32,000 nucleotides of DNA from Candidatus Saccharimonadota bacterium (lineage in GTDB: Bacteria > Patescibacteriota > Patescibacteriia > 2-12-FULL-60-25): NCBI GenBank assembly GCA_963718585.1, contig OY970357.1:360001-392000 (forward strand). The letters run 5' to 3'. The position numbers and the translations under genes are program-made. Under the pieces are notes generated by a model. That model was not told where the DNA came from, did no database searches, and was given only the letters and a program-made list of their open reading frames with translations. Of the stretch, positions 16,616 to 23,849 are shown in pieces. Each line of letters opens with the position of its first letter. The first letter of the stretch is position 1.

Positions 16616-17107
16616 TCAGTGGACGACGACGGTCCCGTGCATGTCCGGGTGGATCCCGCAGCTGTAGGGGTACGTTCCCACGGCGTTGAACACGTGCGAA
16701 TAGCTGTGCCCAGGTGTGATGGTCCCGGAATCCCACAGCAAGGCTCCATCCGAATGCGTGGTATGGGGCACCGAATCATCATTCACCCAAACGACTGTAT
16801 CCCCGGCATTGACGGCGATGACCTGCGGGGAGAAGGCGTGGCCCACGATACGGACCGTGGCGGTTTGATGTGCGGGCGCCGGTGCGGGTTTGGGCGCGGG
16901 TTTTGCGACCGGTTTCGGGGTCGGTGCCGGTGCAGGCACTGGAGCGGGGGTCGCGCTTGTGGAGGTCGGTGTCGAGGTGGTCGCCTGCGCTCCCACTTCT
17001 GGATTCGTGGGTGTTTGACCTGTTCCTGCGGGAAGATCTTGCCAGGTGCTGAAGCATCCGGCGCCAAAAAGGGAGAGGACGGCGAACGCCGCGAGGATCC
17101 GTTTCAT
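16616..17107 (-). CDS. Type-1 (blue) copper cupredoxin lipoprotein, amicyanin/plastocyanin-like
   Basis: Start moved to ATG 17107 (MKRILAAFAVLSLFGAGC). A Pro/Ala/Thr linker is followed by VPHTTH and YSCGIHPDMHG (Cys-x2-His-x2-Met ligand set). Its stop lies 2 nt before the FecR-like ATG. Confidence 0.8.
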   Translation of the reverse strand: MKRILAAFAVLSLFGAGCFSTWQDLPAGTGQTPTNPEVGAQATTSTPTSTSATPAPVPAPAPTPKPVAKPAPKPAPAPAHQTATVRIVGHAFSPQVIAVNAGDTVVWVNDDSVPHTTHSDGALLWDSGTITPGHSYSHVFNAVGTYPYSCGIHPDMHGTVVVH

Positions 17108-17166
17108 AGGTTTTGTGTCAGCATACAAGAGGTCCGATGGCTCCGCAACCGTGGTATTCTACGCAT

Positions 17167-17643
17167 ATGGAAAACCCTTTTGTACCGACGGAACACCCCA
17201 TCTTCGAGTACTCGCAGATCAATGATCAGGTCTATCTTGGGACCAACGCCTGCTGTCAGATGCATTTCAAGCAGGAATTGCTCGACAAAGGCGTGACGGT
17301 CGATATCTCTCTGGAAGGTGAGATGCTGGATCAGCCGTACGGCGTGGAATCCTATCTGTGGCTTCCGGTCCTGGATCATACGCCGCCGACCTCGGATCAG
17401 GTGCGTATCGGGATCCCGACGTTGGATGCAGCGCTCGCGGCCGGGAAGAAGGTCTATATCCACTGTAAGAACGGTCACGGCCGCGGACCGACTTTCTACG
17501 CTGCATACCTTGTTTCCAATGGCATGACGCCAGCTGACGCGATCGGATCGATCAGTCAAAAACGACCCGAGATCCATCTCGAGCCGTCACAGATCTCTTT
17601 TTTGGACACGGTCGCGTCGGACGTTGGTCATTCCACGCCATAG
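17167..17643 (+). CDS. Dual-specificity/Tyr protein phosphatase (CX5R)
   Basis: Start moved to ATG 17167 (MENPFVPTEH). Active-site loop VYIHCKNGHGRGPT. TGGTATTCT sits 6 nt upstream. Confidence 0.8.
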   Translation: MENPFVPTEHPIFEYSQINDQVYLGTNACCQMHFKQELLDKGVTVDISLEGEMLDQPYGVESYLWLPVLDHTPPTSDQVRIGIPTLDAALAAGKKVYIHCKNGHGRGPTFYAAYLVSNGMTPADAIGSISQKRPEIHLEPSQISFLDTVASDVGHSTP

Positions 17644-18371
17644 GACGCGTGGAGACGCAGGGTCACGCGTATCGTCGATGAGGTTGTGTTCGTGAGACCA
17701 GATCCTTCCCCCGTCGGTTCGATGACCTGCACCTCAGATTTTCGGAGGGTCCCGAGTTTGATGCTGGAATGATCGGCGATCGCGCTTGCTTGGCCCTTGG
17801 CGTTTTTTGAAGCTTCTGCGATCAAGTCTGTCTTGATGTCCGTCAGATCTGGAAACGCATAGCGTAGTTCCTGATGATCAAGGAAGACTCCCTTTTCGAG
17901 CAAGGCGGTCGATGCGCCCTGTGCGATCCGTTCGACCTTTGAGACGTCGTCGGACGTGATACGGATGGACCGTGTGAGTTGATACCCGATGATCCGCGGG
18001 TTTTGGCAGCTATTCCCGACCGTGCTGCCACAGATCCGTTGGGCCGTGACCACGATCGGATCCGCTACGATCGCGTTTTCTGCGATCCCCTGCTCTTTCA
18101 GATCGTTGATGAGTGCGGTGAGGTCGTTTTGCGCATCGGTCGATCCCTGGGCCAGACCGTTTGCGGTCACATCACGCGTGATGTTCGTCGTCCAGGTCGC
18201 TTGTGTCGCCGTCACGGTTCGTGTAGCGATTCCGGTCACGTCGATGGTATTCGTCAGGCTGTCGATCTTCACGATCGTTCCCGTGATCACGAATGCACTC
18301 GCTAAGATCGATAAGCCAATGAGGAGTGCGGGTGTCGTGAATGACGGACTTCGCGTATTGAACGATTCCAT
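17628..18371 (-). CDS. SIMPL/DUF541-like exported protein
   Basis: 247 aa with an N-terminal anchor (ALLIGLSILASAFVITG). Overall pattern (IDVTG.A...V....) resembles SIMPL proteins, but the assignment is tentative. It overlaps the convergent phosphatase gene by 16 nt. Confidence 0.45.
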   Translation of the reverse strand: MESFNTRSPSFTTPALLIGLSILASAFVITGTIVKIDSLTNTIDVTGIATRTVTATQATWTTNITRDVTANGLAQGSTDAQNDLTALINDLKEQGIAENAIVADPIVVTAQRICGSTVGNSCQNPRIIGYQLTRSIRITSDDVSKVERIAQGASTALLEKGVFLDHQELRYAFPDLTDIKTDLIAEASKNAKGQASAIADHSSIKLGTLRKSEVQVIEPTGEGSGLTNTTSSTIRVTLRLHASYGVE

Positions 18372-18394
18372 ACGTTGAGAGATCAGAATGCGAT

Positions 18395-18817
18395 TTACGT
18401 TGCGTCGGACCCTGTGAGTTCTGCAAGTTTTTGAAAGAGAGCCGGGGAGAGATCGATGGGCTCTCCGAGTTCCGGGTCAAGCAGGGATCTCAGCTCCCAT
18501 GCGTCGTGTGCTTGTCGTGACGTCCCGTGTTCTTCAAAGAATCCAAGATAGGCGTACAGATCGCTCTTCTCCTCTGCGGTCATGTAATGGAAACAGCGAC
18601 CTTTATACGATGAGATCTTCTTCGCACATTTGGCATCCAGTGAGGGCGGAGCCGGGACCGTGTCTTTCTCCGGGCTGCGCATCTCCTGCCAGGCTCTCCA
18701 CTCTTTTTCCGACTCTTCCGAGGTGGTATCAATGGATCGAGCGTGCGCGCCCTGTTCTCGGATGCGCTGCCGCTCTTCTTCGAGAGGGTCCGGTTTTTTT
18801 TCAAACGGATTTTGCAT
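18395..18817 (-). CDS. Hypothetical acidic protein (140 aa)
   Basis: Start moved to ATG 18817 (MQNPFEKKPDPLEEERQ...), 4 nt after the methyltransferase stop. The track's upstream extension overlaps the methyltransferase gene. Confidence 0.45.
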   Translation of the reverse strand: MQNPFEKKPDPLEEERQRIREQGAHARSIDTTSEESEKEWRAWQEMRSPEKDTVPAPPSLDAKCAKKISSYKGRCFHYMTAEEKSDLYAYLGFFEEHGTSRQAHDAWELRSLLDPELGEPIDLSPALFQKLAELTGSDAT

Positions 18818-18821
18818 ACGT

Positions 18822-19373
18822 CTACGATAGCATACCGTCTTCCTTCGGTTTTGTGACGAATAGATGGATGCCGTTCTGTGATGACACGTAGGGAAGGTCG
18901 TGGAACGTGAATCCATTCGAAACGATCCGGACACCCATTGGGGATTCCCGTCGAAGTTTTCGTTCCAAGCGGCCCATGATATATGGAATGCCGTAGATCG
19001 CGATGGCGTGATACGACGACAGATCTGCGGACCAGAAGTCCTTCCAATGGAGGAACGCGCGGTCCGCGAGTCCTGCATCACGAATGAGACGTCGTCCGCG
19101 CCAGACGAGAAGGGGATTCCGTTCATACCCATGCGCTTCTGCGCCAGCCCGCGCGAAGGCGATGACGATCCGTCCATCCCCTGCCCCGAGGTCCGCGGCT
19201 ATGACACCGGGTCCGATCTCTGCAAGGGCGATCATCACAGCGATCGCGTCGTTCCGTGTCGGGATCCAGGGCGGACCGGTCAGTATCTGAATGACCAGCC
19301 AGACATCGATGGCGATGACGCTGACCGCGACAAGGATGAGGGCGATGTTCACCAGCATGAGATAAGCATACAC
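18822..19373 (-). CDS. Membrane-anchored class I SAM-dependent methyltransferase
   Basis: N-terminal TM helix, then GPPWIPTRNDAIAVMIALAEI, DLGAGDGRIVIAFA (motif I) and YERNPLLV. From memory this resembles FAM173/ATPSCKMT-type lysine methyltransferases. Start is GTG 19373 or ATG 19358. Confidence 0.65.
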   Translation of the reverse strand: MYAYLMLVNIALILVAVSVIAIDVWLVIQILTGPPWIPTRNDAIAVMIALAEIGPGVIAADLGAGDGRIVIAFARAGAEAHGYERNPLLVWRGRRLIRDAGLADRAFLHWKDFWSADLSSYHAIAIYGIPYIMGRLERKLRRESPMGVRIVSNGFTFHDLPYVSSQNGIHLFVTKPKEDGMLS

Positions 19374-19398
19374 GAAGCGTCAGATGCCCGGATGCGGA

Positions 19399-19427
19399 TT
19401 GACAAAAGCCTCATTTTTTGGTATGTG
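19399..19427 (+). promoter_or_regulatory. Promoter of the tandem-paralog operon
   Basis: TTGACA (19399-19404)-17 nt-TATGTG with an upstream TGg (extended -10). GGAGG (19436-19440) lies 4 nt before the ATG. Confidence 0.6.
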
Positions 19428-19444
19428 GATGATACGGAGGAACA

Positions 19445-19813
19445 ATGCAAAAGCTCTTTCAAGACCTTCGGGTCGGAATGAAGTTTCGTTTTCGGATCCA
19501 TCCCAACGGCCTCACGTTCCTGTTCCGCGATGATCTCGATGCGCATCTCTTGGAGATCCACGACGTGGTCGGGTCGGATATCATCGCAAATGTCGCGGCG
19601 GTACGCGAGATCGCGAGATTCCTCGACTTGGTCATCGCCGGGACGGTCGGCCTCTGCCTGCAGTTCGCGGCGGCAGAGGATGAGGACGGCGCGGTCCTGT
19701 TCGGACTCACCCGTTTCATTCGGGAACGGGTCCTGATCCCGTGGGATCCGCCTCGTGCGGCATTCGATCTGGTCTATCTGGTCGAGATGACGCGCCGCTC
19801 GGTGGATCCATGA
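19445..19813 (+). CDS. Orphan protein, paralog A (122 aa)
   Basis: MQKLFQDLRVGMKFRFRIHP...LFRDD...AAEDEDGAV. Homologous to the next ORF. Confidence 0.6.
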   Translation: MQKLFQDLRVGMKFRFRIHPNGLTFLFRDDLDAHLLEIHDVVGSDIIANVAAVREIARFLDLVIAGTVGLCLQFAAAEDEDGAVLFGLTRFIRERVLIPWDPPRAAFDLVYLVEMTRRSVDP

Positions 19814-20163
19814 TCCAGCTCTTTCAAGACTTGAGACCCGGTACGCGCTTCCGGGTGCGGATCCGACCTGACGATTCGGTCATGCTGTTTCGTGACGACG
19901 CTGAGGATGTATGGATGGCGTTGACGGACACGGTCGGGACGGAGATGCCGGAGGCTCTCCTGCGAAGTTACGAGCTCATGACGCTCTTCTTCGATCGTGT
20001 CCTTGCGGCGACCGCCGGATGGCGCGTCCGATTCTCTTCTGCTGAGGATGAGGACGGGACGGTCCAGTTGGATGTCGCGCGGTATCTCCGCGGCGAATCC
20101 CCTGTCATGGATCCGCTGCCCGAAGATGCGATCGACCTTCTCTTCGTCATCGCAAAGCCCTGA
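19810..20163 (+). CDS. Orphan protein, paralog B (117 aa)
   Basis: Start moved to ATG 19810, overlapping the paralog A stop (ATGA 19810-19813). MIQLFQDLRPGTRFRVRIRP...LFRDD...SAEDEDGTV. Confidence 0.6.
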   Translation: MIQLFQDLRPGTRFRVRIRPDDSVMLFRDDAEDVWMALTDTVGTEMPEALLRSYELMTLFFDRVLAATAGWRVRFSSAEDEDGTVQLDVARYLRGESPVMDPLPEDAIDLLFVIAKP

Positions 20164-20180
20164 CGCGATCACCGCGTCTC

Positions 20181-20209
20181 AAAAGCCCCCGTTGAACGAG
20201 GGCTTTTTT
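20181..20209. terminator. Bidirectional terminator (paralog operon / msrB)
   Basis: AAAA-GCCCCCG-ttgaa-CGAGGGC-TTTTTT, with one mismatch in a 7-bp stem. Confidence 0.65.
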
Positions 20210-20638
20210 CTACTCTTCTTTCTTTTCTGCTTCCGCTTTCCCGGCATCCATCTTCAGCGCGCAGGAGTTGATGCAAAAACGCTTGCCGGTCGTGTCTTTC
20301 GGGCCGTCATCAAAGAGATGGCCCAGGTGCGAACCGCAGTTCGCGCACACGACCTCGGTGCGGACCATGCCGCCTGTGTGATCTTCCTGAAGTTTGACCG
20401 CCCCCTGTTCCATGACACGGTCAAAACTCGGCCATCCGGTCCCGCTATCGAATTTATCGTCTGAACTGAATAGGACCGCACCGCAGGCGGCGCATTTGAA
20501 TACGCCTTTTTCGTGGTTGTCCCAGTACGCGCCCGTGAATGCGGGTTCGGTCCCCTTCTCCCGCATGATATGATATTGCTCGGAGGTGAGGGTATTTTTC
20601 CATTCTTCTTCGGTTTTGGGCATGTGCGCGTCGGTCAT
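20210..20638 (-). CDS. msrB: Peptide-methionine (R)-S-oxide reductase MsrB (zinc-binding type)
   Basis: Start moved to ATG 20638 ([13 protein letters not shown]). Motifs: [27 protein letters not shown] and RFCINS. Confidence 0.9.
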   Translation of the reverse strand: MTDAHMPKTEEEWKNTLTSEQYHIMREKGTEPAFTGAYWDNHEKGVFKCAACGAVLFSSDDKFDSGTGWPSFDRVMEQGAVKLQEDHTGGMVRTEVVCANCGSHLGHLFDDGPKDTTGKRFCINSCALKMDAGKAEAEKKEE

Positions 20639-20743
20639 AGGCCTCAACTATACCGTATTCACCGATGCCCCGCGAACGCCCCGCCCCTTGACAAATGACT
20701 GCGCAGTGACTGGGATAGGAAACAGAGGAAAGGAGGTCGGACT

Positions 20744-21346
20744 TTGAGCCATGCCTCGTCCATTCAACTCGTGATCTTCGTAGGGAGCCGCCGGGCCGGA
20801 AGACTCTGGCACCTGGAACGGCTTATCCGATCCGCTCCGGATCGTTTCGCACCCCTGCTTACCGTCACGACACGGACGGAGGCGAAACCGGGTGATGACG
20901 TCTGGTACAAGCAGATGTCGCCCAACGTGGTCGCGACATACACGATCGACGAAATGCTCACCTTCTTCCAGGAAGGAGAGACGCATTACTACATCCTCAA
21001 GAAGCACGTGGATCAGGTCCGCTCGAGGCGGCTGACCCCCGTGGTCGGGATGTCGCCGGATGGCCTTGATCGCCTTCGGACCCGTCATGGAGCCAACGCT
21101 GATTTTCGCTTTGCGGCGATCATCCTCCAGCTCAAGGATCCGGAGAGGTTCCGGTCTCATCTCATGGCCGATGAAGGTCTTGATCCTGTGGTCGCGGACG
21201 AGGAGACCGCACGTGCGGTCCGACTCTCGACCCTCCCCCCCGCGCGCTCAATGCGAAGATCCTCGATCATCCCGGTCCCCATCGAGGGGACCCAAGATGA
21301 CGAGGTCGTCATCGATGCGGCGCTTAAGACCGCTCTCACGCCGTAG
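20744..21346 (+). CDS. Guanylate-kinase-like protein with degenerate P-loop
   Basis: TTG start 7 nt after AGGAGG (20731-20736). LVIFVGSRRAGRL stands in place of GPSGAGKS, and TVTTRTEAKPGDDVWYKQMS parallels the Gmk block TTRxPRxGExxGxxYxFVS. Confidence 0.5.
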   Translation: MSHASSIQLVIFVGSRRAGRLWHLERLIRSAPDRFAPLLTVTTRTEAKPGDDVWYKQMSPNVVATYTIDEMLTFFQEGETHYYILKKHVDQVRSRRLTPVVGMSPDGLDRLRTRHGANADFRFAAIILQLKDPERFRSHLMADEGLDPVVADEETARAVRLSTLPPARSMRRSSIIPVPIEGTQDDEVVIDAALKTALTP

Positions 21347-22073
21347 TCTCCCGACTACGGCGTTTTTTTTTGATCGCGAGGATCCGGTCGCGTTCCGCTT
21401 TCGGCATCCGCTCGATCGCATAGCGCAGCGTCGTTCGCGGCATGGATGCCGCGTGTTCAATGATGAACGCGCGTCCGCGTTTCGGATCCGCTTTATACGC
21501 TTCACGCAATGCCCATCCCGTCGCTTTGTGCATCAGGTCGTGATCATCCATGAAGAGTCGTTGGGCAAGATCGAACGTCGTCTTGAGATCGCCGTCGCGA
21601 AGGAACGCCATGGATGCGACGATGGCGATGCGTCGTTCCCAAATATCTTCCGATCGGATGAGACGTTTCAGGATCCTTTTCGAACGATGGCGTAGATGTT
21701 CACCTACGATCTTCCCGGCGGACGTGTCCACAAGATCCCAATTGTCGATCCCGGACGTCTGCGCGAGATAGAAGTCGAACACGCACTGCTTCAGCGCTTC
21801 GTCTCCGCATGCGTATCGATGTGCGAGGATGACGAGCGCGATGAATCGCTCTTCATGGATCTTGGAATGGAGAAGCGTCGCGATGTCCGCCAGGGGGAGA
21901 CCGAAAAAATCCGCGGCGATCTGCCGTGATGTCGGCACCATGAGACCCGCGAAGACGTCGCCTTCGCCATACTCCCCTTTTCCGGTCTTGAAAAAGCGTC
22001 GCAGACCCTCGATCTTCTTTGGATCCGCGGCCGCGCGGACCGCGCGTTCCAACGCCTTGAGGCGATCCGTCAT
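21336..22073 (-). CDS. DNA alkylation repair protein (AlkD-like HEAT-repeat family)
   Basis: Start moved to ATG 22073 (MTDRLKALERAV), overlapping the rhodanese stop (ATGA). Blocks FFKTGKGEYGEGDVFAGL, HEERF.AL and DNWDLVD are typical of the family. Confidence 0.7.
   Translation of the reverse strand: MTDRLKALERAVRAAADPKKIEGLRRFFKTGKGEYGEGDVFAGLMVPTSRQIAADFFGLPLADIATLLHSKIHEERFIALVILAHRYACGDEALKQCVFDFYLAQTSGIDNWDLVDTSAGKIVGEHLRHRSKRILKRLIRSEDIWERRIAIVASMAFLRDGDLKTTFDLAQRLFMDDHDLMHKATGWALREAYKADPKRGRAFIIEHAASMPRTTLRYAIERMPKAERDRILAIKKKRRSRETTA
21341..21371 (+). terminator. Intrinsic terminator of the GK-like gene, embedded in the 3' coding end of the convergent gene
   Basis: CCGTAGTC (21341-21348) pairs with GACTACGG (21353-21360), followed by CG and T9. 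Confidence 0.75.
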
Positions 22074-22417
22074 TGTTGGCAGTACTCGGTGTACCCGCCT
22101 TGAAGGAATTTTACGTTGTCGTAGCCCATCTGTTCGAGGGTCTCGGTCGCGAGGGCGGCTCGGCTTCCATGCGCGCAACAGACGATGATGAGCGCGTGTT
22201 TGTCCGGCATCGCTTCTTCCGCCTTGAACTCCAAGAATCCGCGCGGGATATGGAGTGCGCCTTCGACGTGCCCTGCGTTGAATTCATCTTCCTCGCGTAC
22301 GTCTAAAAGAATATGCGGCTTTGCGTCTGCGCGGAGTTGCTTGTATGCATCGCAGGTGATGGACGGCTCTTCGGTCGATGCTTTGTCGGCTAATTCTTTA
22401 CCGGTGTGATCGGTCAT
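22070..22417 (-). CDS. Single-domain rhodanese sulfurtransferase
   Basis: Start moved to ATG 22417, with an ATGA overlap to the upstream gene. Motifs: LLDVREEDEFNAGHVEGALHIP and active-site loop CCAHGSRA. Confidence 0.8.
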   Translation of the reverse strand: MTDHTGKELADKASTEEPSITCDAYKQLRADAKPHILLDVREEDEFNAGHVEGALHIPRGFLEFKAEEAMPDKHALIIVCCAHGSRAALATETLEQMGYDNVKFLQGGYTEYCQQ

Positions 22418-23061
22418 GTGTGTTTGGGATGACGTTTTGTATAAAGGAAGTACGAATAGACCACGGCGATGATCGCAGGAAGGAAGGTTCCGATCAGGAC
22501 AAACCAGATCAACGCGAGTGGGGCGAGAAGGCCGAAGAGGATGAAGATCCCTCCAGCGGCGAACAATTTGCCGCCAAGACGGTGCGTCTCTTTCCAAACC
22601 GTCTCATCTTCAAGGGTCCACGGGGTTCGGATCCCGAAGAACCAGCTAGGTGGCAAACGGCCCAGGATCATTCCGAAGGCGATATAGAGGGCGGCGATGC
22701 CTGGCATGATCCAGTATGTCGTATCCGCGTGCCAACCAAGGTTGTAGGCCAGGGTCAATGCGTGGACGTACGCAAGGAAAAGTAAGAGGTCGATGACGAG
22801 CCATTCGAGCGGGCCGTGGTCTTTTTGCTGTTTGATCCGCGGATCGATCCGGATGAGTAGAGCGAACAGTAAGACGAATCCCGTCATGATGAGCGGAACG
22901 AGCGCCACGCCCCACAGTCGTGGGAGGACCCCATTGGGTCGTCCGTTGACATCCCAGTGTGACGCGATGAGCGCGGGGAGATGCGGATACGCCAAAACAG
23001 ATGCGATGGCAGCCGCAACGATGATACACAAGGCAAAGATGCGTCGAGATCTCATATGCAT
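22414..23061 (-). CDS. DUF1648/SdpI-family membrane protein
   Basis: ASHWDVNGRPNGVLPR (DUF1648-like) followed by multiple TM helices. Start is ATG 23061 or 23055; the track's earlier start is unsupported. Confidence 0.65.
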   Translation of the reverse strand: MHMRSRRIFALCIIVAAAIASVLAYPHLPALIASHWDVNGRPNGVLPRLWGVALVPLIMTGFVLLFALLIRIDPRIKQQKDHGPLEWLVIDLLLFLAYVHALTLAYNLGWHADTTYWIMPGIAALYIAFGMILGRLPPSWFFGIRTPWTLEDETVWKETHRLGGKLFAAGGIFILFGLLAPLALIWFVLIGTFLPAIIAVVYSYFLYTKRHPKHT

Positions 23062-23318
23062 ATAGCATACCCCCTTTGTACGCTTCTGCACTATTGCGAG
23101 GAAAAGGCCCCGGATATCGTAGGCCATTACCCTTTGTCTGAATTCGTCTATGGCGGAGCATGGATCCTTTTTCGACGTGCATCCAATCTCCCATGAGCGT
23201 TCCGCCCGTGTTGCCTGGCCCTTGGTCTTCGGGTTTTTGGGTAATTTTGCTTATTTGAGCGAAACGCTGAACCAAATGGTCCTGTTCAGACGTATCTTTT
23301 TTTGTTATCTTTCCGGTC

Positions 23319-23849
23319 ATGGAATCTCCATCAAAGACCGGCAAAAAGCCGGCTCATCTCTATATCCCGAACGAACTCAAGACGCTTCGCGGATTGGGCC
23401 TCCTCGTTCTCCTCTCCCTGTTCATCGTCGATTCGGTGGTTTGGGTGTCTTTTCGGTGGGTCGAGGAGAATGAGATCCATCAACAGCTGATCACGACCGC
23501 ACAGCATATCGAGCAGGGAGACATCCATCTGCGGGCCGCAACATCGGTCGAGGATGTGACGCGATCCGCTGTGGTCGATCTTCCGAATGGTGTCGTCGCC
23601 ATCCAACGGACACCGTCGCAGGTCCATGATGATCAAGGAGACTTCCGCGAATCGGATCTCCTTGGACAGCGCTATGTCGTCTACAGTGGTTCCTCGAATT
23701 ACCTCATCGCCAAATCTGACGAATCGGTCGACGAAGAGCTTACGAAGCTCGCTGTCGTCCTCGCCGTGGTCTTTTTCGCGCAGTGTTTGATGCTTGGTAG
23801 TTGGTGGGCGTATCTCCGTAGTCGCGTTCGCGCCCTTTTTGACGTATGA
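23319..23849 (+). CDS. Two-TM membrane protein with about a 115-aa extracytoplasmic loop (histidine-kinase sensor-like, no kinase domains)
   Basis: TM1 GLGLLVLLSLFIVDSVVWV and TM2 LAVVLAVVFFAQCLMLGSWWAY. It ends 10 residues after TM2. First gene of the flavinylation operon. Confidence 0.6.
   Translation: MESPSKTGKKPAHLYIPNELKTLRGLGLLVLLSLFIVDSVVWVSFRWVEENEIHQQLITTAQHIEQGDIHLRAATSVEDVTRSAVVDLPNGVVAIQRTPSQVHDDQGDFRESDLLGQRYVVYSGSSNYLIAKSDESVDEELTKLAVVLAVVFFAQCLMLGSWWAYLRSRVRALFDV

Noticed and set aside
16860-16990. GC-rich quasi-repetitive DNA here, and similarly at about 23960-24130 and 30930-31010.
   Set aside because: These stretches encode Pro/Ala/Thr-rich linkers of exported proteins. 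They are low-complexity coding sequence, not mobile or structural repeats.
23267-23303. Hairpin CTGAAC-11 nt-GTTCAG followed by a T-run just upstream of the flavin operon, considered as an attenuator or riboswitch terminator.
   Set aside because: The stem is only 6 bp and 7 nt separate it from the T-run. The T-run overlaps the candidate TGTTATCTT -10, and no FMN-riboswitch (RFN) conserved segments are visible in 23128-23318.
23150-23473. A 107-aa + ORF spanning the intergenic region upstream of the flavin operon.
   Set aside because: It has no RBS, runs out of frame into the 23319 gene, and has an odd composition. It is probably spurious.
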